NCBI GenBank assembly: GCA_963695555.1
Contig: CAVOGR010000007.1
Location: forward strand, 384,001 to 448,000
Direction: 5' to 3'
Origin: an uncultured Gemmatimonadales bacterium
Lineage (GTDB): Bacteria; Gemmatimonadota; Gemmatimonadetes; Gemmatimonadales; GWC2-71-9
Length of the DNA: 64,000 bases
Shown piece after piece: positions 29,670-44,619 of the stretch; the first letter of the stretch is position 1; each line of letters starts with the position of its first letter. The position numbers and the translations under genes are program-made. The notes below the pieces were generated by a model, which did not search any database, was not told the DNA's origin, and saw only the letters and a list, made by a program, of their open reading frames with translations.

Positions 29670-30382
29670 TACCAGCATCCGAAGCACCGGCAATCAAACC
29701 GCGAGTGCTGGTGGTCGATGATGAGCCCGACATCACGGCGCTCGTGGTGTACCACCTCGCGAAGAACGGGTACCGGGTGTCCACGGCGGCCACCGGCCAG
29801 GAAGCCCTGGACGCGGCGCAGGAGGAACGGCCGGACGTCGTAGTCCTCGATCTCATGTTGCCGGGCATTTCCGGGTACGACGTGCTCCAGGAGCTCCGGC
29901 GGCGCGAGGAAACCCGCGATGTCGGCGTCATCCTCCTCACATCGCGCCGGGAGGAGGCGGATCGCATTCGCGGCCTGTCGGAGGGCGCGGACGATTACCT
30001 CACCAAGCCCTTCTCTCCCCAGGAACTGTCGCTCCGCGTGGCGGCGTTGCTGCGTCGGCTGAGCGCGCCGCCAGTCTCCGTGGGTGCAACGACGCAAATC
30101 GGCCCGATCCGCATCGACCGGGTTGCCCACCGTGCCTATCTGAAGAACGAAGAGCTGCAACTCACCGCAACCGAGTTCAAACTGCTGTGCATCCTGACCG
30201 ATCGCCGGGGCCGGGTGCAGAGCCGGCCGCAACTGTTGCAAGCGGTGTGGGACGCGCACCCCGACATTCACACTCGGACCGTCGACATGCACGTCCAGCG
30301 GCTCCGGTCCAAACTTGGCGCCGCGGGCGACATGATCGAAACCGTGCGGGGCGTCGGCTACCGGCTCACGATTCCGGCGTAA
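29666..30382 (+). CDS. phoB: PhoB-like response regulator
   Basis: VVDDE, LDLMLP, GADDYLTKPFS, TRTVDMHVQRLRSKL; pst context. Confidence 0.9.
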   Translation: MIPASEAPAIKPRVLVVDDEPDITALVVYHLAKNGYRVSTAATGQEALDAAQEERPDVVVLDLMLPGISGYDVLQELRRREETRDVGVILLTSRREEADRIRGLSEGADDYLTKPFSPQELSLRVAALLRRLSAPPVSVGATTQIGPIRIDRVAHRAYLKNEELQLTATEFKLLCILTDRRGRVQSRPQLLQAVWDAHPDIHTRTVDMHVQRLRSKLGAAGDMIETVRGVGYRLTIPA

Positions 30383-30391
30383 TCGAATACG

Positions 30392-32098
30392 ATGAACTTC
30401 ACGGGCCGCGTTGTCCTTGGCACCTCATTGGTGGTGCTGCTTGCGCTGACCGTGTTGTTCTGGTCTGCCGAACGGTCATTCCGTCACGACCTCGAAACGG
30501 AAATCGGCCGATCGGTTGAGCGTCAAGCGGGGTTGGTGCTAGAGGCGATTCCGAAGGACTCCCTCGCCTGGGGGGCGGCGGTGCGCCGGCTGGGGCAGCA
30601 ACACAAGCTCCGCATCACCCTCATCGATCGCACCGGGCGCGTGCGGGCCGAAAGCGATGTCGCCGATCTCGCAACGGCGAACATCGAAGACCATGCCGAC
30701 CGGCCGGAGGTGCAGGCGGCGCTCGAAGGCCGGACTGGCACGGCCACCCGGCGAAGTGAGACGATGGGCATCGAGTATTACTACGTCGCCGTGCCGGGTG
30801 GACCCGCAGTCGTGCGGGTGGCGACCCCGCTCGACCGGGTGGAGCAGACGGTGCGACAGGCCCGGCGCTCCATGTTTTGGGCTATGCTGCTCGCGCTCGC
30901 GGTCGGCACCGGCCTCGCCTACTTGGCCGCGCGGTCGGTCGCCCGGCCCTTGCTCGGACTGACCGCGGCCTCCCGGGCGATCGCCGCCGGCAACCTGCCG
31001 CGCTTTCCCCACTCCGGCATCCCCGACATCGACGGCCTGGTGCAGTCCCTCCGCCAGATGAGCCAGCAGCTGACCGAGCGGTTTGAGACGCTCAGGGCGG
31101 AACGGGCCGAATCGCGTGCCTTGGTGGAATCGATGGTCGAGGCCGTGATCGCGACCGACGAGCGTGGGCGTATCGTGACCGCCAATCCGGCGGCACGACT
31201 GTTACTCGGCTACGCCGAGACGCAACCCCTTCCAGGAGTGCTCGAGTTGTTTCGCGCGCGCGGGCCGCGAGAGGCGGTTCAGGACGTGTTGAATGGCGAT
31301 CAGATCGAGCGCGAAGTACGGTTCGACGGCAGGAGCATTCTGATGAATGGGCGTCCGCTCCCCGGCGGCGGAATGGTGCTGGTGATGCACGATCTCTCAG
31401 AGGTGCGGCGGCTCGAAATGGTCCGCCAAGATTTCGTTGCCAATGCATCGCACGAACTGAAGACGCCGCTCACGTCCATCACCGGATATACCGAGACCTT
31501 GCTCCAGGACGAGCCCGATCCCGCCACCCGGCGCCGATTTCTCCAGGTCATCCACGCGAACGCGCAGCGGCTCCAGCGTCTGGTCGACGACCTGCTCGAT
31601 CTCTCCCGGATCGAGTCGGGCCGCTGGCAGGCCCGGCCGGACAATGTCGATGTCATCGCGATCGCGCGCGACACCTGGCAGGGATTCGCCGAGCGTGCAG
31701 AGAGCCGGCGGGTGAGCTTCGAAATCGATGCAGGCGCCGACGCGTTCGATGCCCACGTCGATCCGGACGCACTCCAGCAGATCTTCACGAATCTGTACGA
31801 CAACGCGCTGCGACATAGCAAGGACGGTGGCCGCATCGTGTGTCGGATCCGAGAGCAGCCCGACGGCTGGACCATGGCAGTAGAGGACACCGGAAGCGGT
31901 ATCGGGCAAGAACACCTCCCGCGGATCTTCGAGCGTTTTTACCGGGTCGACGCGGCCCGATCGCGGGCGCAAGGCGGCACCGGGCTCGGCCTGTCGATCG
32001 TGAAGCACTTGGTCGAGGGGCATGGCGGCCGCGTCTCGGCCGAGAGCCAACTGGGCCGGGGAACGACCATCTCCTGCTGGTTTCCCGCGACCTCGTGA
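30392..32098 (+). CDS. phoR: PhoR-like sensor histidine kinase
   Basis: DFVANASHELKTPLT, FERFYRVD, GGTGLGLSIVKH; HAMP and PAS. Confidence 0.9.
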   Translation: MNFTGRVVLGTSLVVLLALTVLFWSAERSFRHDLETEIGRSVERQAGLVLEAIPKDSLAWGAAVRRLGQQHKLRITLIDRTGRVRAESDVADLATANIEDHADRPEVQAALEGRTGTATRRSETMGIEYYYVAVPGGPAVVRVATPLDRVEQTVRQARRSMFWAMLLALAVGTGLAYLAARSVARPLLGLTAASRAIAAGNLPRFPHSGIPDIDGLVQSLRQMSQQLTERFETLRAERAESRALVESMVEAVIATDERGRIVTANPAARLLLGYAETQPLPGVLELFRARGPREAVQDVLNGDQIEREVRFDGRSILMNGRPLPGGGMVLVMHDLSEVRRLEMVRQDFVANASHELKTPLTSITGYTETLLQDEPDPATRRRFLQVIHANAQRLQRLVDDLLDLSRIESGRWQARPDNVDVIAIARDTWQGFAERAESRRVSFEIDAGADAFDAHVDPDALQQIFTNLYDNALRHSKDGGRIVCRIREQPDGWTMAVEDTGSGIGQEHLPRIFERFYRVDAARSRAQGGTGLGLSIVKHLVEGHGGRVSAESQLGRGTTISCWFPATS

Positions 32099-32134
32099 AT
32101 AGCGCCGCACCCTCTGGCGGCTGCCCGTTGCCTC

Positions 32135-32173
32135 GTTACCGAATCGTTGCCAAATGATAGGCGCCCCGTGACC
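32135..32173 (-). promoter_or_regulatory. PHO-box-like 11-bp-phased repeats before the porin gene
   Basis: GTTAC 32135, GTTGC 32146, GTGAC 32168. Confidence 0.4.
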
Positions 32174-32269
32174 CCGTGCCCCTAGGATTCCATCCGCTGA
32201 CACAGCCGTCGCCGGGCCCGGCCCATGGTCCAGGCACGGGACGACTCTCCTACACCACGGGGATGGACT

Positions 32270-33382
32270 ATGAAAGCAAGCAACGGTCGGAAGACGAGTG
32301 CGGTCGGAACGCTTCTCGGTATCGTGCTCCTGTCGGTCATCGGGGCCTGGACACTCGAGGCCCAGACCAAGTACCCCAATGTCAGCCTGGCCGGCCGACT
32401 GCAGCAGCACTTCTATTTTTTCGATAACGGCGATTATGCCGCGGTCACGGGGCCAAAGACCGGCATGTTCACCCGGCGGGCGCGGATTACCGCGAAGGGA
32501 CAGATTGCCGAGAACATCTCCTTCATTATCCAACCGTCGTTCGAGGATGGCAGCACGCGGCTTCGGTTGCGGGACGCCTACATCGACGTTCGTCTGACCA
32601 AGCCCGAGGCCACGACCTCCCTGGGCGTGCGTGTCGGGCAAGAGAAGCGGCCGTTCGGCCGGTACGAGCTGACCTCGTCGAACAACCTGCCCTCGCTCGA
32701 GCGGGGAGCGGGGCGCGGCCTGCTCAAGGCTTCGTCGAACGACCTGTTCATCGGCAACGGGTTCATGTCGCATGACATCGGCGCGGCGCTCCGACTGCAG
32801 ACCTCGATCGGCGAGGACCGGGCGTTGACCTTACACGCCGGCGTCTACAACGGCGAGGGCGAGAGCACCAAAGAGGTCAACAACGCCAAGTCCTTTGGCG
32901 TCCGGGCCACGGTGGACGTGACGGACAAGTTGAACGTGGGCGGCTCGTTCTTCTCCCACGACGGCATCGTGGACGTGCAGGGCGTGCCTGACTCCTCGTT
33001 CACCAATCAGGCCTTCGGCATCGACGCCCAGTGGGGTGACCCCGGCAGCGAAGGGCTGTACGCAGTCGGTGATTTCATGTATGGCGAGGACGATTCGGAG
33101 AACACCCTCACCATCTGGGGACTGTCGTTGGTTGGAGCGTATCACATCAGGATGGCGCAGAAGGAGTCGTTCCTGTACGCCATCGAGCCGGCGGTCCGCT
33201 TCGATGTCTCGGACCCCGACAAGGACACCGCCGACAACGGAACCACCATCATCACCGCGGGGGTCAATTTCTACCTGTCGTCCAAGACCCGGTTCCAGGT
33301 GATGTATGAGAACCAGAGCTTCCAAGCGAGTGGCCTCGAAAGCATTCAAGGCATTCGCACCGCGCTCGCCGTTAGTTTCTAA
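32270..33382 (+). CDS. Phosphate-selective porin (OprO/OprP-like)
   Basis: Signal peptide, RRARI, LRDAYID, GQEKRPF, terminal Phe; pho context. Confidence 0.85.
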   Translation: MKASNGRKTSAVGTLLGIVLLSVIGAWTLEAQTKYPNVSLAGRLQQHFYFFDNGDYAAVTGPKTGMFTRRARITAKGQIAENISFIIQPSFEDGSTRLRLRDAYIDVRLTKPEATTSLGVRVGQEKRPFGRYELTSSNNLPSLERGAGRGLLKASSNDLFIGNGFMSHDIGAALRLQTSIGEDRALTLHAGVYNGEGESTKEVNNAKSFGVRATVDVTDKLNVGGSFFSHDGIVDVQGVPDSSFTNQAFGIDAQWGDPGSEGLYAVGDFMYGEDDSENTLTIWGLSLVGAYHIRMAQKESFLYAIEPAVRFDVSDPDKDTADNGTTIITAGVNFYLSSKTRFQVMYENQSFQASGLESIQGIRTALAVSF

Positions 33383-33432
33383 CCGGCAGCGGACCGGAAA
33401 GACCACTCAAGCGATTTTCCGAGGAGGAGTAC

Positions 33433-34518
33433 GTGAGACAGCACGCGTGGGCCAAGCGCCGATGGGTGGCAAGCATCCCCTTGGCCATTGTGATCGCCGC
33501 GAGCGGCTGCGGCTCAGGTGAGGCGGGGTCTGCCGCGACGGTATCCGGACTGACCGGAGCCGGAGCCACGTTCCCCAACCCGATCTATACTCGGTGGTTC
33601 GATGAATACAACCGGGCCACCGGTCTCCAGATCAACTATCAGTCGATCGGGTCGGGCGGCGGCATTCGGCAGTTTACCGAGGGAACGGTGGACTTCGGGG
33701 CCACTGACGGACCAATGAAGGACGAGGAAATTGCGGCGGTGGGCGGCAACGTGCTCCACATCCCGACCGTAATCGGCGCGGTGGTGCTGACCTACAACTT
33801 GCCCTCGCTCGGCGAGACCCGCCTGACTCTCGATGGACAGACCATCGCCGATATGTTCCTGGGCCGCGTCACCCGATGGAATGACCGCCGGATCAGCGCG
33901 CTGAATCCCGGCGTCAGCCTGCCGGACGCCGAGGTCGTGCTGGTGCACCGGTCGGACGGCTCTGGTACCTCCTTCATCTTTACCGATTACCTGAGCAAGG
34001 TCTCGCCGGACTGGAAGAACGAAGTCGGGGCTGGGAAGTCGCTCCAATGGCCCGCCGGGATCGGCGCCAAGGGCAACGAGGGCGTGACCCAACAAGTGAA
34101 GCAGCTCGAAGGCTCCATCGGGTACGTCGAGTTGATCTACGCCCTGTCGAATCAGTTGGCCTACGCCGCCGTCCGGAACAGGAGCGGCGAAGCCGTCGTG
34201 CCGTCGCTGGCGAGCGCATCCGCGGCCGCCGCGGGTGTCGACTGGGCGGCCGATACCGATTTTCGGGTTTCGATCACCGACGCAAGTGGACCAGGGGCGT
34301 ACCCGATTGCCTCCTTTACCTGGCTCTTGATCAAGCAGGACAACCCCGACCCGGCCAAGGGTGCCGCCATCAAGAAGTACCTCGACTGGATGGTGTCCCC
34401 CGCCGCACAGAACATCGCGAGCGAGTTGGGCTATGCGCCGCTGCCGGCTCCGGTGGTCGAGCTGGTCAGCCAGCGGATCGCGGGGCTCCAAGCGGCCGGG
34501 AGCGCGATCGGCGGCTGA
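33433..34518 (+). CDS. pstS: Phosphate ABC transporter binding lipoprotein
   Basis: GAGATFP, YQSIGSGGG, DFGATD, HRSDGSGT. Confidence 0.97.
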   Translation: MRQHAWAKRRWVASIPLAIVIAASGCGSGEAGSAATVSGLTGAGATFPNPIYTRWFDEYNRATGLQINYQSIGSGGGIRQFTEGTVDFGATDGPMKDEEIAAVGGNVLHIPTVIGAVVLTYNLPSLGETRLTLDGQTIADMFLGRVTRWNDRRISALNPGVSLPDAEVVLVHRSDGSGTSFIFTDYLSKVSPDWKNEVGAGKSLQWPAGIGAKGNEGVTQQVKQLEGSIGYVELIYALSNQLAYAAVRNRSGEAVVPSLASASAAAAGVDWAADTDFRVSITDASGPGAYPIASFTWLLIKQDNPDPAKGAAIKKYLDWMVSPAAQNIASELGYAPLPAPVVELVSQRIAGLQAAGSAIGG

Positions 34519-34537
34519 GAGACCACGCCAGCCGTTC

Positions 34538-34565
34538 GTGACAGGCCCGTTACAATTCCGTGACG
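34538..34565 (-). promoter_or_regulatory. PHO-box-like triple repeat between pstS and pstC
   Basis: Minus strand GTCAC-6-GTAAC-6-GTCAC, exact 11-bp period. Confidence 0.55.
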
Positions 34566-34596
34566 CGCTTGGGGGCGGCGGCCGGTAACATCACGC

Positions 34597-35574
34597 ATGG
34601 CTGAGTCTCTGGGGGGCGAGGCCCTGGTCTCGCCCCCGCCCTCGCTTGTCCGGGCGAGCTACGGCGATCGGATCTTCAAGGGCCTGTTGACGCTCGCGGC
34701 CTTGGGGATTCCGCTGTTGCTCGGCTTGCTCTTTGTCGAGCTGGTCAGCGGGTCGCGCCTCGCGATCGAGCGATTCGGCCTCGGCTTCATCACCCACAGT
34801 ACCTGGAACCCGGTCACTGAAGAGTTTGGTGCCTTCCCACTCATCGTGGGCACCCTCCTTTCGTCCTTTCTTGCCTTGTTGATGGCCGTGCCACTTTCGC
34901 TCGGCGTCGCCATCTATCTGACGGAATTCGCTCCGATGCCGGTGCGAAAGCCCGCGGCCTTCCTCATCGAACTGCTCGCGGCCATCCCGAGCGTGGTGTA
35001 TGGGTTGTGGGGCATCTTCGTGCTGATCCCCATTCTCCGTCAGACGGTCTTCCCGTTTCTCCAATCCGTTCTGGGGTTCCTGCCGTTCTTTCAAGGCACC
35101 ATCTACGGCCCGTCGATGCTCTCGGCCAGCATCATCCTCGCCATCATGGTCATGCCCTATATCATGTCCGTCTCGCGCGAGGTATTGCTCGCTGTGCCGA
35201 GCAGCCAGCGGGAGGCGGCGCTCGCGCTGGGGGCAACCCGGTGGGAGGCCGTGACGAGCGCTATCGTGCCCTACGCCCGCTCCGGTATCATCGGCGCGAT
35301 CATTCTCGGGCTCGGTCGCGCGCTCGGCGAGACCATGGCCGTGACCATGCTCATCGGAAACCGCCATGCCATCTCGGCTTCGCTGTTCGCGCCGAGCTAT
35401 ACCATGGCCGCCGCCATCGCGAATGAGTTTGCCGAGGCCGTTGCCGACATCCACTTGTCCGCGCTCGCGTATGTGTCGCTGGTGTTGTTTGGGGTGACAG
35501 TGCTGGTGAATGCCGGCGCGCGCCTGTTGATCTGGCGGGTGACCCAGCGCGGCACGCCGGGAGGTGCGACATGA
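34597..35574 (+). CDS. pstC: Phosphate ABC permease
   Basis: ELLAAIPSVVYGLWG, GRALGETMAV. Confidence 0.97.
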   Translation: MAESLGGEALVSPPPSLVRASYGDRIFKGLLTLAALGIPLLLGLLFVELVSGSRLAIERFGLGFITHSTWNPVTEEFGAFPLIVGTLLSSFLALLMAVPLSLGVAIYLTEFAPMPVRKPAAFLIELLAAIPSVVYGLWGIFVLIPILRQTVFPFLQSVLGFLPFFQGTIYGPSMLSASIILAIMVMPYIMSVSREVLLAVPSSQREAALALGATRWEAVTSAIVPYARSGIIGAIILGLGRALGETMAVTMLIGNRHAISASLFAPSYTMAAAIANEFAEAVADIHLSALAYVSLVLFGVTVLVNAGARLLIWRVTQRGTPGGAT

Positions 35575-36416
35575 ACCGCCGGGAGCGCCGGCGCCTCAAG
35601 AGCAGGGTCATGGTCGCGATCATGGCTCTGGCCGTGATCCTTGCGGTGCTCCCCCTGGTGTTCATCCTGCTCAACCTGATCGTGAAGGGCGCGAGCAGTC
35701 TCAACTGGGCGTTCTTCGTCGAGACGCCGGCGCCGGCCGGCCAAAGCGGGGGCGGCGTGGGGCACGCGGTGCTGGGCACGCTGATCATCGTCGGCATGGC
35801 GTGTCTCATGGGTCTTCCCATCGGGGTTGGCGCGGGCATCTACAGCGCCGAGTACCCGGCCAGCCGCCTGGCGCGACTCACCCGGTTCGTGGCCGACGTG
35901 ATGAACGGGACCCCTTCCATCGTGGTCGGGGTCTTCGCCTGGACGTTGATCGTCGCCAACCAGAAGCACTTCTCCGGCTTGGCCGGCAGCGTAGCCCTGG
36001 CGATGCTGCTCATCCCGATGGTGATGCGCACCACCGAAGAGATGGTCAAGCTGGTGCCGAACTCGTTGCGGGAAGCGGCGCTCGCGCTGGGGTATCCCCG
36101 CTGGCGCACCAGCCTCCGGGTCGTCCTGCGCACGGCGCTTCCCGGCATTGTCACCGGCAGCCTGTTGGCCATTGCCAGGATCGCCGGTGAGACGGCGCCC
36201 CTCCTGTTTACCGCCCTGGGAAGCCAATTCTTCTCGACCAATCTGAACCAGCCGATGGCCGCGTTGCCACTCGTGGTCTTCACCTACGCCACGGGACCAT
36301 ACGAGGAGTGGCATCGGTTGGCGTGGGCCACGGCCCTGGTGCTCATCATCGTGGTACTCGTGCTGAGCCTGGCCGCGCGCATCGCGACGCGCCAGCGCTT
36401 CACCCTCAATGCCTGA
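35571..36416 (+). CDS. pstA: Phosphate ABC permease
   Basis: [21 protein letters not shown]. Confidence 0.97.
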   Translation: MNRRERRRLKSRVMVAIMALAVILAVLPLVFILLNLIVKGASSLNWAFFVETPAPAGQSGGGVGHAVLGTLIIVGMACLMGLPIGVGAGIYSAEYPASRLARLTRFVADVMNGTPSIVVGVFAWTLIVANQKHFSGLAGSVALAMLLIPMVMRTTEEMVKLVPNSLREAALALGYPRWRTSLRVVLRTALPGIVTGSLLAIARIAGETAPLLFTALGSQFFSTNLNQPMAALPLVVFTYATGPYEEWHRLAWATALVLIIVVLVLSLAARIATRQRFTLNA

Positions 36417-37176
36417 TACCCTCCCCCGCGTCGAGACCGAGAAGCTCACGGCGATGTATGGCAAGTTTACCGCGGTCAAGGGCGTGTCGTTGGGGTTTCC
36501 GGCCAACCAGGTTCACGCGCTCATTGGACCGTCGGGGTGCGGCAAGTCGACGTTCCTGCGAGCGCTCAATCGCATGCACGAGGTGACGCCCGGCGGGTGG
36601 ATTACCGGGCGGGTTCTCCTGGACGGAATGGATGTCTACGCCCCACGCGTTAACGTGATGGAACTCCGGCGACGGGTGGGCATGGTGTTCCAGCGGCCGA
36701 CCCCCTTTCCCACCATGTCCATCTATGACAATGTGGCGGCTGGGCTCCGCCTGGACGGCCGGCGGCCGGCCGGGGAAATGGATCACATCGTGGAGCGCTC
36801 GTTGCAGCAGGCTGCACTCTGGGACGAGGTCAAGGACCGGCTGGATGAGAGCGCTATCGCACTGTCGGGGGGGCAGCAACAGCGGCTCTGCATCGCTCGT
36901 ACGCTGGCCCCGAGCCCCCAGGTCATCCTGCTCGATGAGCCCACCGCATCGCTCGATCCTCAGGGGACGCAGCGTATCGAGGAACTCTTGTTCGAACTCA
37001 AACGCGAATTCACCATCATCATCGTGACCCACAACATGCAGCAGGCGGCGCGGGTGTCCGATACGACCAGTTTCTTCTACCTCGGGACCATGGTGGAGAC
37101 CGGCGCGACTGAGCAGATCTTCACCGCCCCAGCCAACGAGCAGACCGAGGCCTACATTACGGGACGATTCGGATGA
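36409..37176 (+). CDS. pstB: Phosphate ABC ATPase (copy 1)
   Basis: [29 protein letters not shown]. Confidence 0.96.
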   Translation: MPDTLPRVETEKLTAMYGKFTAVKGVSLGFPANQVHALIGPSGCGKSTFLRALNRMHEVTPGGWITGRVLLDGMDVYAPRVNVMELRRRVGMVFQRPTPFPTMSIYDNVAAGLRLDGRRPAGEMDHIVERSLQQAALWDEVKDRLDESAIALSGGQQQRLCIARTLAPSPQVILLDEPTASLDPQGTQRIEELLFELKREFTIIIVTHNMQQAARVSDTTSFFYLGTMVETGATEQIFTAPANEQTEAYITGRFG

Positions 37177-38030
37177 CGACCACTATGCGATCAGCCTCGC
37201 CCCTCAACTCCCACGAGCGACCGACCTTCGCGCCGAGGTCGGAGCCGCGAGACCGGCCCCGGTCCGGCCAGCCAGGCCAGCCGGCGCTCGAGGCCCGGAA
37301 TTTTCGCTTCTATTACGGCCCGAAGCCGACCCTCAAGGGCATCGATCTCGCCATTCCCCACCGGGCCGTCACCGCCATCATCGGACCGTCGGGCTGCGGC
37401 AAGTCGACCTTCCTCCGCTCCATCAACCGGCTGAACGAGCTCATCCCGGGGACCAGGTTCGAGGGTGACATTGTGTTCGAAGGAAAATCGATCTACGCTC
37501 CAGGCACCGATGTGGTCGCGCTGCGCCAGCGAATCGGCATGGTATTCCAACGCCCAAACCCGTTTCCCAAGTCGATATATCACAACGTGGCCTACGGGCC
37601 GACGATCAATGCGCTGGTGCCCAAGCGGGACATCCCGGACCTGGTCGAACAATGCCTGCGGCAGGCGGCGCTCTGGGATGAGGTGAAGGATCGATTGGAC
37701 GAACCCGGTACCAGCCTGAGCGGCGGCCAGCAGCAACGGCTCTGCATTGCCCGGGCGCTCGGCAATCGGCCCCAGATTCTGTTGATGGACGAACCGTGTT
37801 CGGCGCTCGATCCGCTGGCCACCCAGCGGGTGGAGGAGCTCATCGTCGAACTCAAGACCGAGTATACGATCGTGATCGTGACCCATAACATGCAGCAGGC
37901 CGCCCGGGTCTCTGACTTCACCGGGTTTTTCGACGCGGGGGAGTTGATCGAGTTCGGCCCCACAGAGCAGATCTTCACCTCGCCCGTGCAGGAGCGGACG
38001 GAGGCCTACATCACCGGGAGATTCGGATGA
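37173..38030 (+). CDS. pstB: Phosphate ABC ATPase (copy 2)
   Basis: [27 protein letters not shown]. Confidence 0.96.
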   Translation: MTTTMRSASPLNSHERPTFAPRSEPRDRPRSGQPGQPALEARNFRFYYGPKPTLKGIDLAIPHRAVTAIIGPSGCGKSTFLRSINRLNELIPGTRFEGDIVFEGKSIYAPGTDVVALRQRIGMVFQRPNPFPKSIYHNVAYGPTINALVPKRDIPDLVEQCLRQAALWDEVKDRLDEPGTSLSGGQQQRLCIARALGNRPQILLMDEPCSALDPLATQRVEELIVELKTEYTIVIVTHNMQQAARVSDFTGFFDAGELIEFGPTEQIFTSPVQERTEAYITGRFG

Positions 38031-38749
38031 CCGGGAAGCCGAAGCGGCATTTCCATGACGAGCTGAACGACATGAAGGTGAAGCTGCTCACCATGTCGGG
38101 TGAAGCCGAGGCCGCCCTCGGCCTCGCCCTGGAGGCCTATCTCGAGCGTAACATCGAGAAGGCCGAACGCGTGCTCAAGGGCGATCGGATTATCGACGCC
38201 ATGGAAACCGAGATCGAGGAGCGGTGCATCAGCCTGCTCGCCCTGCAGCAGCCCATGGCCAAGGACCTCCGCATGCTCACGGCCGCGCTCAAGATCTCCA
38301 ACGATCTCGAACGGGTCGGCGACCACGCCGTGAACATCGCGGACTCGGCCATCCGCCTGAGGCAGCTCCGCCCGGTGACTCCCGACCCCGAGCTCATCGA
38401 GATGGCCCGGCTGGCCCGCGAGATGCTGTCGGACGCGCTCGAGGCGTTCATCCGAGGGGATACGACAGCGGCTCGCGAGATCTGCCGCCGGGACGACCGG
38501 GTGGACGCCTTGCATCATTCGGTTTTTCGCATCATGCTCACCCATATGATGGAAGATCCCCAGACCATCGGCGCGGGCGTGGAGGTGTTCCTCATCTCCC
38601 GCAACCTGGAGCGGGTCGCCGACCTCGCGACCAACATCGCCGAGGACGTGGTGTTCCTGGTCGAAGGCAAGTCGATCAAGCATCACGCCGAGGACCGAGG
38701 AGAGGCTCTGACCCCGGTCGATAGCACTTCATCCCAGGACGAGTCGTGA
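38027..38749 (+). CDS. phoU: Phosphate signalling protein PhoU
   Basis: [35 protein letters not shown]. Confidence 0.97.
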   Translation: MTGKPKRHFHDELNDMKVKLLTMSGEAEAALGLALEAYLERNIEKAERVLKGDRIIDAMETEIEERCISLLALQQPMAKDLRMLTAALKISNDLERVGDHAVNIADSAIRLRQLRPVTPDPELIEMARLAREMLSDALEAFIRGDTTAAREICRRDDRVDALHHSVFRIMLTHMMEDPQTIGAGVEVFLISRNLERVADLATNIAEDVVFLVEGKSIKHHAEDRGEALTPVDSTSSQDES

Positions 38750-40329
38750 AGGTGGCCACGGCCCCGGTCACGCCGCCGCCCCCCGTGGCGCCCACCCGCG
38801 AGCGGATTGCGGCCATCGACGTCGGATCGAACTCGATCCGGCTGACGGTGGCCGAGTACCATCCCAACGCGGGGCTCACCGTCATCGACGAGCTCAAGGA
38901 GCAGCCTCGCCTGGCCGAAGGCGTCGCCGCGACCGGCCGGCTCGACGACGTGGCCATCGAGCGGGCCGTCGACGGGCTGCGGCGGATGATGGAGGTCTGT
39001 CGCCGCCGCGGTGCCCGACACATTCGCGCCGTGGCTACAGCCGCTGTCCGTGAAGCGGCCAACGGCCCGGACTTCATCCAGCGGGTGCAGGACGTATTCG
39101 GCCTGCCGCTCGAAATCATCGATGGCAAGACCGAGGCGGTACTCTCCTACCGTTCGGTGGCCCATCATTTCCGCCTGCTCGATTCACGGACCCTGGTCGC
39201 GGATATTGGCGGCGGGAGCCTGGAATTGATCGGTGCGGTCTCCGGGCTGGTGGAGCTGACGCGGTCGCTGCCGTTCGGCGCGGTCCGGCTCACCGAGCTG
39301 TACCTGGCCGACGACAAGGCCCCGCGCAAAGGTGTCGCCCGACTGCGGCGGCATCTGGGCAAGCAGTTCCGCAAGGAGCTGCCCGGGCGGGAGTGGGTCG
39401 GGCCCATGATGATCGGGTCGGGCGGCACCTTCACCAACCTCGGACGCATGACGATGGCCCGGCGAGGCCAGCCGTTTGCGGAGGCGGTGCACGGAGTGTT
39501 CGTCTCGACGGCCGAAGTCGAGCACCTGCTCGAGTGGCTCAGCACCATGACGACGGCGCGGCGCGCCCAGGTGCCGGGTCTCAACCCCAGCCGGGCCGAC
39601 ATCATCCTGGCCGGCCTCGCGGTCACGGCGGAGCTGCTCGAGCACGTGGACGCCCGCGGCGTGACCGTCAGCGCGTATGGCCTACGGGAAGGGCTGCTGT
39701 TGGACATGGCGGGTGCCAACGCGGTGCCCGCCTCGGTCGATCCGCTCCTCCTGGTTCGCGAATTCGCCGAGCGCTGCCACACCGACCGGCGACATGGGGA
39801 ACATGTGCGCTATTTGGCGCTGATCCTGTTCGACCGCTTGGCGGAGGCACTCGGCGCGAGCGCCGAAGAGGCCGCGATACTGGAGGCGGCGGCCCTGCTG
39901 CATGACATCGGGCAGTTGGTGAGCTACCGGGAGCACCACAAGCACAGCTACGATCTCATCATGCACGCCGAGCGCCTGAATCTCTCGGCATCCGAGCGCC
40001 AGATGGTGGCCTTGCTGGCTCGCTATCACCGCAAGCGCGGGCCCAGCCGGAAGCACGCTCCCTTTGCGGCGCTCCCAGCCGCCGACCAGGCCGTCGTCCG
40101 CCGGATGAGTGCACTGTTGCGGGTGGCCGACGGCCTCGACCGGGGGCATGCGCAGGCCGTGGGCAGTGTGGCCACCCTGCTCACGCCCGATCGCCTGACG
40201 ATTTCGGTCGCGTCATCCTCGAACGGCGGCGACTTGGCGCTCGAGTGCTGGGCCGCCGAGCGCAAGGCCGACGTCCTTGCGAAAGAGCTCGGGCGCGACG
40301 TCTCCATCGTCCCCGCCATTTCCGCCTAA
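38746..40329 (+). CDS. ppx: Ppx/GppA exopolyphosphatase with HD domain
   Basis: IDVGSNS, DIGGGSLE, GLREG, LLHDIG. Confidence 0.93.
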   Translation: MKVATAPVTPPPPVAPTRERIAAIDVGSNSIRLTVAEYHPNAGLTVIDELKEQPRLAEGVAATGRLDDVAIERAVDGLRRMMEVCRRRGARHIRAVATAAVREAANGPDFIQRVQDVFGLPLEIIDGKTEAVLSYRSVAHHFRLLDSRTLVADIGGGSLELIGAVSGLVELTRSLPFGAVRLTELYLADDKAPRKGVARLRRHLGKQFRKELPGREWVGPMMIGSGGTFTNLGRMTMARRGQPFAEAVHGVFVSTAEVEHLLEWLSTMTTARRAQVPGLNPSRADIILAGLAVTAELLEHVDARGVTVSAYGLREGLLLDMAGANAVPASVDPLLLVREFAERCHTDRRHGEHVRYLALILFDRLAEALGASAEEAAILEAAALLHDIGQLVSYREHHKHSYDLIMHAERLNLSASERQMVALLARYHRKRGPSRKHAPFAALPAADQAVVRRMSALLRVADGLDRGHAQAVGSVATLLTPDRLTISVASSSNGGDLALECWAAERKADVLAKELGRDVSIVPAISA

Positions 40330-40383
40330 GACCGGTCACCTTTCACCGCCTTGCGGGCGGGTGCACGAGCAACGACCTTCCAC

Positions 40384-41262
<879 letters not shown>

Positions 41263-41428
41263 ACGCCGGGCCCTCCCCGGGCCGGAAGGGCTATTCCTCG
41301 GCGCTTCTGCTTGCGGTACCACCCAGGGCGTCGTAACCTAGAAACTGCCTAGTCCCCTTGGCGCCTGGCCGGCCGGTTTGGCGACAAGGAGCGGTATGCC
41401 TGGACATCCTCCTCCGAGGAGCGGGTCC

Positions 41429-44548
<3,120 letters not shown>

Positions 44549-44619
44549 GACTCAGGTTGCTGGTCCGGACCGGGCCTGGGCCGGAACACTGAATAGGGCA
44601 CTACATCAAGGAGTCCATC

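Noticed and set aside
36409..38030. Tandem pstB duplication as a novelty
   Set aside because: Two pstB genes in pst operons are common.
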